Source of the DNA: Vitrella brassicaformis CCMP3155
Taxonomy: Eukaryota > Protista > Chromerida
DNA: 64,000 bases
Assembly: GCA_001179505.1 (NCBI GenBank)
Contig: CDMY01000311.1
Span: 62,001 to 126,000, forward strand
Reading direction: 5' to 3'
The translations under genes and the position numbers were made by a program. This document shows positions 12,191 to 25,914 of the stretch, in pieces. How positions within the stretch are numbered: the stretch's first letter is position 1; the number at the start of each line of letters is the position of its first letter. Under the pieces are notes generated by a model, which did no database searches, was not told the DNA's origin, and saw only the letters and a list, made by a program, of their open reading frames with translations.

Positions 12191-15100
12191 ATGGCGAGTG
12201 AGGGTGTGCGTCTGAATGACTTCCCGTCCGATGTGACGGCGTGGCTGCTGTCGTTCCTCTGCAATATCGACCTGGGATACGCCTGCAGAGTCTGCAGGTC
12301 CCTTCCCCGAGAAAACACACAGCGCACAGAGGCCATGGGAGTGACGTGACTGTCTTGTTGGTTTGTTTGTTTGCAGGGCGTGGTGCCGCGATGCCGCCCT
12401 CGTCTTCCGAGGCAAAACCAAACTCGACCTGCGATGTGAGCCAGCTAAGGGAGGAGGGCGTGGGGTGGGAACGACTTGTCACTGTTTGGTTTGTGTGCGT
12501 GTGGGGTGTGTCTGTGTGTCCGTGTGTCCGTATGTGTGGTGTCTTATGCAGCGCGGGTCATGCCGAGGGACCTGGAGCTCGGTAAACTGCTCGACAGATG
12601 GTCAGAATGACGAACGAGGTCTATCGCGCGTGACTCTTGCCAAGGAAGCTATGTCTGTTTGTGTGCAGTCCTCGCGCCAGTGACATAGAGGTAGACTGCA
12701 ACCGTGCGACAGAGCTGGGCGCGATGTGTCTTGACCGGCCGGCCGTCCGCCGCCTCACGCTCGCGGGGCTGGACCACCAGAGGGACACCTTCCTCTCAGG
12801 TACAAATGAACGCCGCACACGAACGAACTTGATAATAGGCCAGCTGAGCTATATGTGTGGGTCCCTGTTGGGCGTTGGGTGTGTGGTGTGATGTGGGCAA
12901 TCCAGCCCTGTCTGTGTGCGGGGGGCACCTGACGTACCTCTCGATGACGTACTTTGGGGACCACTTCACGAGAAAGTCAGTGCGTGAGCCGAGAGAGCCC
13001 TACACCCATTGCACTGCCAGCCAGGCTTGCGTGCCGCGTGTCGTGTCGTGGGGTGGGCTCGGCGGTTCGGCCTGCCGCCCGTCCGTCCAGCACTGTCAAG
13101 GTGGCCCGAGACCGATCTTGTTGCCATGCCATCGACGTCTGTTTTATATGGCCGGCCGGATAATGGCGTGGCGCGTCGGGCTGGGTCGGGTCGGGCGGGG
13201 CCCTGTCTTCTGGTGTGGCAGGTAATGCCTGACTGACTGACTCGGGGACAGAGCGGTAACTGTTCACCGACCTTAAGAGGGAGGCATAAGGAGGGCGCCG
13301 TGACAACACATGTCAGGTCACACACACACACTATTATCTCTATTTACGACACACGACACAATGGCTGCCTGCCTGCGATGGATGGATGGATGGATGGATC
13401 CCTGCATAGATAATCTCCTTCTTCACAACAACTTAATTGACCTTCTTCTCTGGGGGCGGTGGTCCTCCCTCTTGTGTCTGTGTATATGTCAGGTCGTTGT
13501 CTCGGCTGGGTGAGTCGCTGACGCGTCTCGAGTCGCTGTCCGTTGAGTTCGGCTTCAAGGCACCCTCCACAGCCATCGTCACAGCCGCCGTCAAAACAGC
13601 ATACCCCACACTCAGACAGTGAGCGGCATGGCCGACACACTGACTGGCGGACGGACGGACGGACGGACAGACCAATCTATCTATCCCTGTTTGTTTGTTT
13701 GTCTTGCGTGTCTGTCAGGTTGACGGTGACGGACATCGACCGCCCGTGTCTGCAGCTGATCGCCTCTCACCTGTCGCGTGCACTTGAGGGGCTATCATAC
13801 ACGCGGACATCACTCAACGGCATGCCCATCGACGATGAGCTCCTCCAGGTACAACAAACACGCAACACTGCCACAACCACCGCCCCTCTCTCTCTCCCTC
13901 TCCCTGTGTGTGTCAGTATATTGCTCTCCGTTTCCGCAACTTGAGCACGTTGAAGCTCATCGACAACGTACAGCCGACAGTGCTCATCGAGGCGCACCAG
14001 GCTGCGGCAGACAATGCCGAGCAGGGTGCTTGTGAAGGGAGCGGTGTGGGCGGTGGGGCGGCTGGCAGCGCGGGCAGCAGCCGTCGAGGCAGACGGCGGC
14101 AGGCCGCAGCCAGACGGGCGGCGGCGTGCGCGGCCAATGGGGGAAACCCGGCTAATGCCAGGCGGCATTTCAATGTGAGACACACACATACCATATATGT
14201 CATGGGGGAAGGAAGGGGGACACAGGAACGGATAGATGTGATGTGTCTTGTCTGTCTGTCTGTCTGTCTGTCTGTGTGTGTCAGTTCCCTCCGTTGGTGA
14301 CCGCCGGCGGTCTGTCTCACCTGAAGCGTCTGTTCGGGAAGCTGCGGGTGCTGCATCTGTGCAGGGGATTCTCGCTCCCCTTCACACACACCACCGACGT
14401 CGACCTCATGCAAACCTTTGCTGGCCTCCCAAGCAGCATGGAAGAGCTGCAGCTGGACGGGTGGGTAGGGTATCTCATGGAATCATATCGTCAATCAACA
14501 AGCCAAACCACCACACCGTTGGCTGTGTGTGTGATGTGTTCGTTCAGCTTCACCAATTTGAGCGATGCCTGTCTGCATGAGGCCCTCTTCACATCAGCGG
14601 CGCCCCCACGCTCATCGCGTCCCTCAGTCACACCCAGAGGCAGCCAGCCACCAATCCCCATCTCGATAACCACCACCACCACCACTACCACCAGCAGCTC
14701 AAGTGCGGCAGCATCGGGGTCGTCTGGTCGGCTACGTGTAGCGGCTGTCGGCAGCGGCCCTGCTGCCGGTCTGCGGCGTCTGTCGTTAGAGAACACTGCT
14801 GTGAGTGATGTGGCGCTCTTCTCCATCTCTACTATACTGGTATCTATCACCCACCACATGGCAGGCACAGCGACTCACTCAACTGGGGGAGAGGGGTAGG
14901 ATAGGATGCATCTATCTCTTATCTGTTTGTTTGTTTGTGTGTGCGTGTGTAGGGAAGTCAGCTGGAGTGGCTGTCGCTGAAGCGTTGCAAGGGCGTCAGC
15001 GAGGCGGGGCTCGCTACACTCGCTGAGCACTGCCCCGTAGGAACAAACAACACCTGACCTGATGCACTCCCAGGACAATGGAACGAACAAGTACGTGTGT

Positions 15101-16248
15101 GTGTGTGTGTGTGGCCATGCAGGAGTTGGTGTCGTTGAATCTGGGTTCGTGTTCTGGTGTGAATGACATGAGTGTGGTGGGGCTGTTTGACAGCTGCCGC
15201 AAGATCACCAGCCTCGTGCTCAACGACGCCAAGTAAGTGTAAAGATCACATCACACACACTCAGACACACAAATGAGTTCTTCCATCCATCCATCCATCT
15301 ACAGGACATCTCATCGTATGTGTGTGTGTAGGATAACGGACAGGAGTCTGCGTGCCGTCGGGGAGTATTTGGGCGACTCGCTCACAGAGCTGGCACTCCA
15401 CAGATGTGACAACATCACCAACGCAGGTAACTAACATCACCCCCTTCTCACACACACACACACACAAATGGTCCCCCCGCCGAGTTGTGTGTGTCAAATA
15501 TAATTCAGGTTTGGATGCGTTGAGCCGCGGCTGTCCGCAGTTGGTGCTGCTGTCGCTGAGTATGTGCAACCACATCAGCGACTACGGCATCAAACAAATC
15601 GCACAGCGCTGCACCTTCCTTCAGAAACTCAGACTCGACGGCACCCGAATCGTGAGCACACAAGAGGGTGTGGTGTCTGTGAAACGAATGTCCGTCGCTG
15701 TTGTGTTGTTGTGTGTGTGTTGCAGTCGAATTCTGCGGTCCGGAGCTGTTGCGAGCATCTCAAGAGGCTCCGGCAGCTGCACCTGCACAAGTGAGCAAGA
15801 GAGACTCTTTCCCAACACCTCCCCCTGTCTCTCCATCCCTCTATGTGTGTGTGTGTGTATGCCTTGCCTGTGCTGTGCAGGTGTTGGAGTGTGAGCGGTG
15901 CTGTGCTGGTAGAGTTCACCGACGACAGGCTGCCCTTCCTCAAAGTGGTCGAAATCCTCAGACACAAAGTTGAGGAAACCCAAATACATAACTTCACGTA
16001 CGCAGCACAGCACAGCAACACACACACAACGTTGCTTGACACTTCCGCACAAGCCAGCCATGGCGTAACACACCGCATCACCGATCATCATGTGTGTGGT
16101 GTTGGTTGCGTGCAGGCGTCAGATGCGGCCAGAGGTTGCTTTGGTGCTGCATGACGCCTACCAGGGCTGGTCCAAGATCGCCATGGGCGCCAAGGGATCC
16201 GCCAGCTCAGCGAGCAGTTCAGCCAGCAGCAGCTCGGCGGCGGGTTAG
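12191..16248 (+). CDS. F-box/leucine-rich-repeat protein (FBXL-like)
   Basis: N-terminal F-box LNDFPSDVTAWLLSFLCNIDLGYACRVCR|AW is followed by cysteine-containing LRRs (LEWLSLKRCKGVSEAGL, LNLGSCSGVNDMSV, LSLSMCNHISDYGI). Stop TAG at 16246-16248. Confidence 0.85.
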
Positions 16249-17054
16249 TGTGGGGTGTTTTCTTGTAGTAGGCGTCCGTACGATTGAGGGACACACACAT
16301 ACACACATGCACACACACACACACGTCTAGCCAGCCATCTGTCTGTCGACCCGCTTTGTCTCCTGCTCACTGTTGTCGTATGTATCTGGTGTGGTTGATT
16401 ACACACACACAGAGTGGTTGGGTTGATTGAGTGTGAGTGTATTGTAGAAGCCGTTCCGTAGCCCGACTTGCTTCCTTACCCATCCATGTTGTGTTGCCCA
16501 CCCCCTCATCCATCCCATCCATCTTCCGTGTGTAGTCGTCGGATGGATGCTACTTGAAAGAGTAGCTACCCAGCCAGCCAGCCAGCCAGTGTGTGTACCA
16601 TAGAATGACCGCCTTGCTTGGTTGTTAAGACAATGCATGCCACGGTGCCTGCCTGTATGTGCTGTCGTGTGCACCTTTGAAGCTCCGTTCAATTATCGTT
16701 CGATCATGTTCATCCATCATCGTGAGGTACCGTCAGTCACCTCACCCCTCCCAAAAAGTCAGTCGAGCTGCTCTTTGTTACTTTCTTCGCCAGCAAGCTA
16801 GGGCTCATCAACCACACACCTGTCTGTCCCCCGCCCGTGTAGCCACGCGTGGCAGAAGAGGGTGAGTGACAGGTGGGTGGACACGTGACCACACAGGTAG
16901 GTCACTCACGTAGAGATGGATAGACACAAGAAGGAAGGACACCTCCCTCCTGGAAAGTAAGTAGCAAACTCTCCTCCTAGCTATACAGTCAGTCATCTCA
17001 CTCCCTCCAGTACAGGCGCACAGACAGACTTCACGGGTGGGACACCTTCCTTCT

Positions 17055-18547
17055 TCAGCCCAGCCAGCCTCTCGTCTCCCTCTCCCTGCCCCCCTCTCTC
17101 TCCGCTCCTTGCCTGTCCTTGCCTTTGCTGTCGTCGAACACCAGCCTCGCCTCAGATGAGTCAGGCAGCACCAAAGCCGTCGTGCGATACTTGTCCAGCT
17201 GTGCCATGCTCTCCTCTGGGCTGACCACACGCGACGCTGCTTGTGCTTTTGAGTTGGCTGGTGGGAACTGTTTGTCGAGGAGCTTCTTGGTGGTCTCGTA
17301 GGCGCCGAAGAAGACGGCGCCGCCGATGCTGATCATGACCACACGTGGCACGACGCCTTGGAACAGGACGGCGAGGCCCTCCTCGGCCGTGACGGACGCC
17401 ACGCAGTTGAGGAACCCCGAGTACTGCCCGGGGGCGGCCGTCATCAGCCGAGTCTTGACCACATCGAGTGGGGTTGTCACCGCTGTGTGCATCAGTCAAG
17501 TCAGGCAAGACATACACGCACAGACGATGTGATGTGATGCGATGCGATGTGTTGTGCGGCCCCCAGTGACGCGCTCGCCTGCGGTGATTCCTCCGGCCAT
17601 GCTGCCGCAAGCGAATGTCTGCCAGTTGTCGAGAGTGTCCTTGCCTTGCGCCCTGGCCAGGCCCTTCTTGAAGGCTTCGTATATGGGGTACTGAATGGCG
17701 TCGAACGGCAGGTCCCGCAGGATCAGAGCGCCCAGGCCCGTCCACAGCCCCGTCACGCCCTTGGTCTTGACGAGGGATGATACGCAGGCCGCTATGGTGG
17801 GATCCACGCCAGCTTGCAGACGCTGCACAATGAATGCACACAAAGGCACAGACAGACAAACACCCACATACGCCTGGCCTGCACACAGATGGATGACTGT
17901 GTGTGGTGTCACACGGACCGACCGACCTGTTTGACGGCTTCGAACGGTGTCCTGACGAGGCTCTGCGCCAGGTTGCCGCACACAGCGGCAAGGCCATTCC
18001 CGAACGGCCTTATCGCAGTCGGCAGAGCGGGCGCCACAGTGCCCCTGAACCAGTCATAGCTGCTGAAAAAGGCTCCAGCACTCGGCGCCGAGGCGAGCAT
18101 GGCGGGCAGCAGGCCGGTCCACACGCCTCGCATGAGACCGCCCTTGACGAGTGTACCGCTCTGCAGGCGGGTTTTGACGGTGTCAATGGGGTAGATGACG
18201 AGGTCGACCACCGTCCCAGCCACCGCACCAGAGCCCAGACCGATGAGGAATGTCCGCAGGGCGCCCTTCTGCTGCTGCTGCTGCTGCTGATCTATCGATG
18301 CTGCTGACGCCGGTGCTGCCGCAATGGATGCATCTGCAGATCTTCTTGTTTCTTGCTCTCTTCTGAGTGCCTCCATCAGCGCTTTCAACGGTCTTGTGTG
18401 CCTGCGGACCGAGGCGGGGTGTCTTCGGTGACGCTGATGGTTGTCGGTGATCAGCGGCTGTGCGAGAGGGTGCCGCTGCCGCTGATATAATGATGAGCCG
18501 AGCACCCCCCAGAGAGATGCAACGAGCGCAAACACGAGGCGAAGCAT
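17055..18547 (-). CDS. S-adenosylmethionine carrier (SLC25A26/PET8/SAMC-like) with bipartite presequence, likely plastid-targeted
   Basis: Three carrier signatures: PIDTVKTRLQ, PFEAVKQ|RLQ and PLDVVKTRLM. ILRDLPFDAIQY and PRVVMISIGGAVF are typical of SAM carriers. The N-terminus is a signal peptide plus an Arg/Ser-rich transit-like segment. The exact C-terminus is uncertain. Confidence 0.85.
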
Positions 18548-18558
18548 TCGGTTTCGTC

Positions 18559-18566
18559 TGCGAGCT
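18559..18566 (-). promoter_or_regulatory. AGCTCGCA motif in a 95-bp bidirectional spacer
   Basis: TGCGAGCT lies between the SAM-carrier ATG (18547) and the membrane-protein ATG (18643). Confidence 0.55.
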
Positions 18567-18642
18567 CGAATCCATCGGCCCCAAACAGGTGGGGGCGCAG
18601 GTGGCCAGTCTCAGGTTTTTTGCGTTTTCTCGTGGCCGAATC

Positions 18643-20326
18643 ATGGCGGGTAAGGAAGTCAGCATCGACGCCCCCCAGGCGCAGTACCGTGTCAGCAACG
18701 AAGAGTGCCAGTTCTCCCAGCTCCTCCACGACAAGGCTGGTGACGGCAAGGTGTCCGTCGATGACGCCATATCGGCCTACCGCCAGCTGAACACTTCCAC
18801 GAGCCGCACCTTTAAGGCCCCTCTGATCGCTCTGTGCGCCATCGGGTACCTCGTGACGGTGGCCATCCTGTTCTCGCTGGTCATCGCATCGAACGAGCTG
18901 ACCAAGGTGGGGCTGATGTTGGATTGGAAGGGAGGAGACGGTAAAATGGCGTGTCTCGTGTCTCTTCATGATGCAGGACCTGTCTGTGGGCCCTCAGGGG
19001 AGGCTGATGCGCGCCTTTGGTGGCGGCTGGTTCGGCGGCAAGGCCGACCCAGAGCCAGTGAGGACCATTGATATCCAAAGAAAATGCGCAAGAAACACGC
19101 AGCCAGCCGGTGCATGTTTGTGTCGGTTTTTCGCTTGTGCTGGTGCAGGTGAGCACGAAGGAAGCCTATGACGAGTTGGAGATGTTTGATTTCCTCGAGA
19201 TGCCGCTGGCGGACCTCTACAAGGCGGAGTCGCTCTTCCTCACCTTCACGCTCGCCGGAGAGGTGAGTGAGGACACACGGCACAGACACTGCAACCTGGC
19301 TCATTGATTGATGCCTGTACGCATCTTTCATGTGTGCGTGTACGTATACGGATGAATGAATGTATGTGTGTATGTGTCTATATGTGCGTCCGTGCAGCAC
19401 ATTGAAAAGTTCTACAAGGTCGCCGAGATCACGCGCAACGTCGACCGCAAACTGGTGGAGATGCACTTCTTCTCAGGTAGCCGCGACAAGACACGGAGAC
19501 ACACAGGGAAACGGACGTGGACACATTCGGCTGCTGCATGTATGTCTCCTGTCTCTTTGGCTGTCTGGCTGCAGGTGAGAAGCTGGTGATGATGCCCCAG
19601 GGTGCCAACCTCTACGAGGCTGGCCCCTTGTTCTACAAGAGACCCCTGGCCATCTTCAAGGTATGTACCCCAGCCGCTCCACTCAAGCCTCTACCCGCCC
19701 CTGTATGTTTGGTCAGGGCCCAGCGTTTGACGAAGCCCTGTCTGACGAAGACAACTTCCTCGTGCGCGACGTCGACAATGACAAAGCCAACACCGGTATA
19801 CATATATTTGATGTGACGGAGAGAGGCGATCATTAAGTCTCTCCTCTATGTCTGTCTCTTCTTATTGCTTTGTGCGTCCGCCTGTGTCTAGATGAGAAGA
19901 GTGACGTAGCTGAGGACCAGTTGGTGCCTGCAGCGGACAGCACTGACGACAGAGCTCTCCAGAGACGATCGCGGTTCGGCACTGGGGCGGGATCGGGCAA
20001 CATCTACTTCAACAGCGGACGTGTAAGACACACTGCCTGACCTGATTCATCCCTGACTCCCACACACGAGCAGAGAGGCATGGATGGATGGATGGATAGA
20101 TGTTGCCATTGGGTGTCTCTTTGTGTATGTGTGGGACCAGATGTATGACCGTGGCGGGATAGTGGATGTGGGCCGGCGCCAGCGATTCAATGCCGTGGCC
20201 GTCAGAGGACGATGCAGTAAGGCACACCGCACACACATGTGGCAGAGACAAGGACACTGACTTGGTGGTGTTGCCTTTGTGTCTCTGTCTGCAGGAGGCA
20301 CGCGTTTCCAATGCAGAGGCTACTGA
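18643..20326 (+). CDS. Hypothetical membrane protein (degenerate EF-hand-like loop followed by a hydrophobic helix)
   Basis: MAGKEVSIDAPQ...DKAGDGKVSVDD...LIALCAIGYLVTVAILFSLVIASNELTK. About 9 exons with canonical splice sites; the last exons are uncertain. Confidence 0.6.
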
Positions 20327-21030
20327 AGATGACACACACATCCACACACATCCACACAACAGACACGCACACTTTCACTTCCACAGACACTTACTTTGAC
20401 AGACAGACACACACACACACACATGGACATCGTTTTTGTTTAACACACCAGCCAGCGGGACCAGTGCCACATTCCGCCACAGCATGCAGGCATGTTATGT
20501 ATGCATTACGGGGTCCACACGAGCGTTTTCCAGCTATTTTTTCGTCCAGTCGATCTTTTTGCGTCCGAAGGACGCTTAAGGGCAGGCAGGCAGGCAGGCA
20601 GACATCACACGTCAGTCAGCTGAGGAATGATGCATGCAGCGGTGCTTAACGCTATAGGGGGCTGGGAGGGGGAAGTAGGGGAATGGGGGAGAACCGCACA
20701 AGGGAAGACAGAAATGAGTCAAAGACACGTACATGGAGATCTTGAACGGCACACACATGTACAGGTCTCGACGGAGGGGAGGGAACGAAACAATTGGAAG
20801 AACGCGCCGCTCCCTCGGATCTCCCAAAGCTAAGCTCGCTTGTGACCCCCAGTCTTGCAGAACCGATTTGAAGACACCAAAATGATATCAGACGAGTGAG
20901 CGCAACTCTTCCTTCGAGCCGCCTCCTTCACATACACACCAGCCCCATCCATCCATTCATTTGTGTGTATGTGCCTGTTGACTGACATACATGTAGGTAT
21001 GAGCAGCATCTGCAGCAGGTGGCCAACGCC

Positions 21031-23458
21031 ATGGCTGACGAGGCGGCGGCCAAGGAGGAGGCCGACGCCGCCAGCCAGGAGAGAGCCAGAAAGAGAGCCG
21101 AGGAGCACAAGGCTAGACCGCAGAGCACACGCTCGTCCTACCGCATAGGACCGAGGTTCATCATCAAGTAAAGGAGACAGACAGACACCGACGACATCCA
21201 TCCACCGCACCGCATGCACCACGTGTGTGTCCGGTGTTCTTTTGGTATGCAGCGAGTCTGCCGGTGAGGATTCGGATGTGTCGACGTTTGTGCGGCAGCC
21301 GGCGCCGGGACGTGTGGGGACCGGCCTGGAGATATACTCGCTCCGGTTCTCACCCGAAGGGGACCTCATTGCTGCGGCGTTTGCCGATGGGGTCGTCAAG
21401 GCAAGTCACAATTAACACTTACTTACATGCGTGAATGAAGAGGGGCAGGCGGGCCTTGTGTCCGTATTGTCATGATCACGTGCAGTCCATGTCTTAATTA
21501 ATTGCGTCGTCATGTCTTGTGTGTGTTGCAGGTCTACGCCAGCCTGACTGGCAAGGAGAAGGCGGCCCCAATACACACCGGTAAGGCGAGGCGCACACAC
21601 GGACGGAAACTGAAGGGACAGTGACGACGGGGGTGACTGTCTATGTGTCTTTCGCGTATATGGATGGGGTCCGTCCATCCACACCAGGTGGCCCGGAGCA
21701 CCTGCCGTGCATGCAAGTGCGGTGGCGGCCGCACCTTGCCACCAGTAGCAAGACCAGAAACGTTGTCGTCACAGTCAGTAAGACAAGACACACCAGATAA
21801 CAGACAGACAGACAGACAGACCCGCACAGGACAGAGCACCGAATGTACGTGTACGTGTCTTGGTAACACACACACAGACGCGCAGGGCAAGATTCAGCAG
21901 TGGCATGCGGCGTCGTCCAAGCTGCTGAGCGAGGTGTGGTCGCCCGAGGAGCAGTTCTACTGCATGGACTACACCAAGGATGCCACCACCTTCGCAGCCG
22001 CCGGCAAACTCAAACAGGTGACGACAAAGAAATGACCACCACACGCAACACAACACACGCCTGGAGAGACATCCATCGCTGCATGCGTACGTGTGTGTGT
22101 CAGATCAGTGTGTATGATGAGGAGACGCGTCAGCTCAAGCAGGTCATGAAGGGCGGGTGAGTTAACTAAAGCAGACAGTCAGACAGACAGGGCAAAACTG
22201 ACTGCATGTGGTGCTTTGCTTCCTTTGTACATGCCATGCAGCGATTACACGACGGCAGTGGGCCATTCGCTGCGCGTCTTTGCCCTCAAGTTCCACCCAC
22301 AAGACAGGTAGGTAGGTCGGGGGATAGGGTACCATACATACCCCATCGAAGCATCCACACACACGCGCGTGTCTTGTCTCGTGTGTATGCAATCAAATCG
22401 CTCAGCAACGTGATAGTGACGGGTGGGTGGGACCAGACGGTCCAGCTGTGGGACTGCCGCCTGAGCCGAGCCGTCCGATCGATTCACGGGCCTGACATTC
22501 AGGGAGACGCTGTTGACATTTCGGAAGACGGTCAGTCAGCCAGTGCTCACCACACAACATATTCTGATATTGTTTGTGCCTGAGTGCTGTCGATACTGAC
22601 TGCATGGCATGGATCGGCTGTGTGTGTGCTGGCTGGGTGTGTGCAGGGAAGACCATTCTGACAGGCTCGCATCGCTCCAAGGAGGCCCTCGAGGTGCGTG
22701 AGACACACACACACGAGAAGAGGAGAGGGCGGGCATACCCGGATGGATGGATGGGTTGCTGTGCCTGCGTGAATTGAAGCTGTGGGATGTTGGCTCCCTG
22801 AAGCGCACCGACCTGATTGAATGGATGAAACCGGTGGGTGAGCAAAGGACACACAGAGACACACACGCATGTGGGCGCGGCGCGTGTGTGTCTTGTGCAT
22901 CAGGACGGCACCCCTGCCGATGAGGGCTGTCCTCTCTACTCGGCGCAATTCAGCAAAGTAAGTCGGATACACCAGAATGAATGGCCTGTTGTGTGTGCAC
23001 GTGTGTGCATGTCTCCCTTTCTCTATGTCCATGATCATCTTCACTGCTATCAGGACCCCCAGAGCCGCCTCATCGCCGCTGGTGGCGGGAGCGGCGGAAT
23101 GCCCGGAGAGGCGCAGTTCTTCGACCGCACATGCTTCAACGTCGTAAGTGCTGGCTGATGCAAGTGACGCCTCTCAACACACAATAAATTGCTACCGGCC
23201 TGTCCATCCATCCCATTCTGTCTGTGGACGAGCAGGCGTTTGGTTTGATCACGGGTATGGCCAAGGGATGCTTCACAGTCGACTTCTCGCCCGACAACTC
23301 AGCGGTTGGTTGGTTGACCCACCACATCAATCAATCACACACGAGATACACAGCCACTTACATATCTGGTGTCTCTCTCTCCTTTCCGCCCTGGTATGTA
23401 TCGTCAGATCGCTACTGCCGGTGCGGACAGCACCGTGCGTGTGCTGCAGATCTACTGA
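21031..23458 (+). CDS. WD40-repeat protein
   Basis: IYSLRFSPEGDLIAAAFADGVVK, VIVTGGWDQTVQLWD, LWDVGS, LYSAQFSK, FTVDFSPD and a final IATAGADSTVRVLQIY* (TGA at 23456-23458). Confidence 0.85.
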
Positions 23459-23878
23459 TTGGTTGATGTGGGAGTGACATCGCTGGGTGGGTGCCTGTGG
23501 TGAAGGCAGAGAGGGGCCGGGAGTGCTGGACTTTTGAGCATTGTGTCGCTTGTCGACTGACTGACTGACTGACTGACACCATTTTTCATTCAAACGACGT
23601 GGTGGCTGAGATGAGAGGCCGCCGAAAATCTCCCATGCATACGCGCAAGCAGCGCGAGGAAACAAAGCATCAACAAGAGTCATGCGACGAAGAGAGATAG
23701 AAAACACAAGAAGAATACAGTATATGCGTAGCAAACCACATGTAGCTCCCCTAGCTATTCTGCTGCTGCGAAAACACCCACCCATGCATCGCATCAATCA
23801 ACAGCAAAGGGCAAGGAGGAAAACCGAGGAAAAAGCAAGGGGAGACAGACAGAGTGTGTCCAGGTTGGTATGGCTTTC

Positions 23879-25914
23879 TCATGAGCCGTTGACGTCGCCA
23901 TCGGTCTTGGTCTTCTTTCTGGGCGGCTCCCCCGCCCCACTCTGGTCGAACACTGGGTTGGTTTGCTGCGTCACCCGCACAAAGGTGGTCCGCTTGGACA
24001 GCTCCTTCAGCAGGGATGCACCCACATATGTGCACGCAGACCTGGGAGGGAAGAAGGAACACAAACCAGGCAGGCGGGGCGGGATGGATCAGCTGAGGTG
24101 GGTGGGNNNNNNNNNNNNNNNNNNNNNNNNNNNNNNNNNNNNNNNNNNNNNNNNNNNNNNNNNNNNNNNNNNNNNNNNNNNNNNNNNNNNNNNNNNNNNN
24201 NNNNNNNNNNNNNNNNNNNNNNNNNNNNNNNNNNNNNNNNNNNNNNNNNNNNNNNNNNNNNNNNNNNNNNNNNNNNNNNNNNNNNNNNNNNNNNNNNNNN
24301 NNNNNNNNNNNNNNNNNNNNNNNNNNNNNNNNNNNNNNNNNNNNNNNNNNNNNNNNNNNNNNNNNNNNNNNNNNNNNNNNNNNNNNNNNNNNNNNNNNNN
24401 NNNNNNGGGTGGATAGGCGGGTTGGTGGGCGTGGCCTGACCGACGCGCCCACCTGAGTCCGCCGAGTATGTCCATGATAGTGTGTTCAATCGGCCCTCTG
24501 TATGGCACCTTGACGGTCTTGCCCTCGCTGGCACGGTACTCAGCCACCCCGCCGGCATACCGATTCATCGCCGTTGCCGAACTCATCCCTGCGGCAGCAG
24601 GCACATCACATCACACCCGTCCGTCCGCAGATCATCACATTCAAGCATGCGGCCCTGTTCTCGTCTGGCTGGCTGACCGTAGAAGATCTTGACTTTCTTG
24701 CCGTTTTCTTCCACAATGTCGCCCCCAGACTCGTCATGACCGGCAAGCATGCCACCTGAACAGAGAAAAGAACCACAGGCAGGCGACCATAGGTGGCTGG
24801 CTGCTATGTAGTCCTTGCAAGCATCACTCACCGAGCATGACAAAGTCGGCTCCGGCACCGAACGCCTTTGCAACGTCGCCAGGATTCGCACAGCCACCGT
24901 CCTGACACATAACACGGGCCCACCTGGTGGGCGTAAGGTAAGGCGTGACGCAGATATGTCGCTCACTGATATGATGTGTCCCCCCAGTCCGTGTGCAGCA
25001 TCGGCACACTCAATCACGGCCGACAGCTGCGGATAGCCCACACCTGACACACAATGATGTCTGCAGTGCGCGGATGCAAACAGCTCTCTTCGCCCTTCTA
25101 CCTACTCACCTGTCTTTGATCGTGTTGTGCAGACAGACCCGGGACCGATTCCCACCTGACCATGCAAGGCAAGGCACGGTACACACTGAAACTAACTGCA
25201 TGTGTTCACTCACGCCGACCACACGCAGAACGCACCTTGACGATGTCAGCGCCGCTGATGACGAGTTCCTCGGTCATTTCGCCTGTGACGACGTTGCCGG
25301 CCATGATGGTGTGGTTGGGGTACTTGGCGCGGATGTCACGCACGGCCTTGACGAACGTCTCGGAATACCCGTTAGCCACATCAACACAGATCATCTTGCA
25401 GCCGCTGGCCTGAACCACCTGATCAAACAAACACAACACCACACACACAACACAATCTCACACAACACGGTGACGGCCTCTGCAAATGTGTGTGTGTGCG
25501 TGCCTTGTCGAGTTTCGCCAGGTCCTCAGATCCGATGCCCGTGCTGACGGCGTAGAAGTCGGTCAGCGCCTTGCCTTTTCCGCCCGCCCAGGCGCTCCAG
25601 TCCTCGACAGAGTAGTGCTTGTGGATCTGCAGACACACACACACGCATGCACATCTCGCCTCCCTCTCTCTCTTTCGCCCACCGGACCGCACCGCAGCGA
25701 CGAGTTTGTGTTTGGCGAAGGCGTCGGCGATGTCGAATGTGCCGGTGGTGTCCATGTTTGCCGCGATGACGGGGACGCCCGTCCACACCTGCCGGGAGTG
25801 CTTGAACGTGTAGGTCCTCTCCAAGTTGACCTGGGACCGCGTCGCCAGTGTGCTGCGCTTCGGGCGGATCAGCACATCCTTGAAATCCAACTTGATGTCG
25901 GCGTCGATACGCAT
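23879..25914 (-). CDS. guaC: GMP reductase (long type, like E. coli GuaC and human GMPR)
   Basis: [45 protein letters not shown], catalytic [12 protein letters not shown] (exon ~25107-25153), [24 protein letters not shown] and RSACTYVGA...TTFVRVTQQ. An N gap falls inside an intron. Confidence 0.97.
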
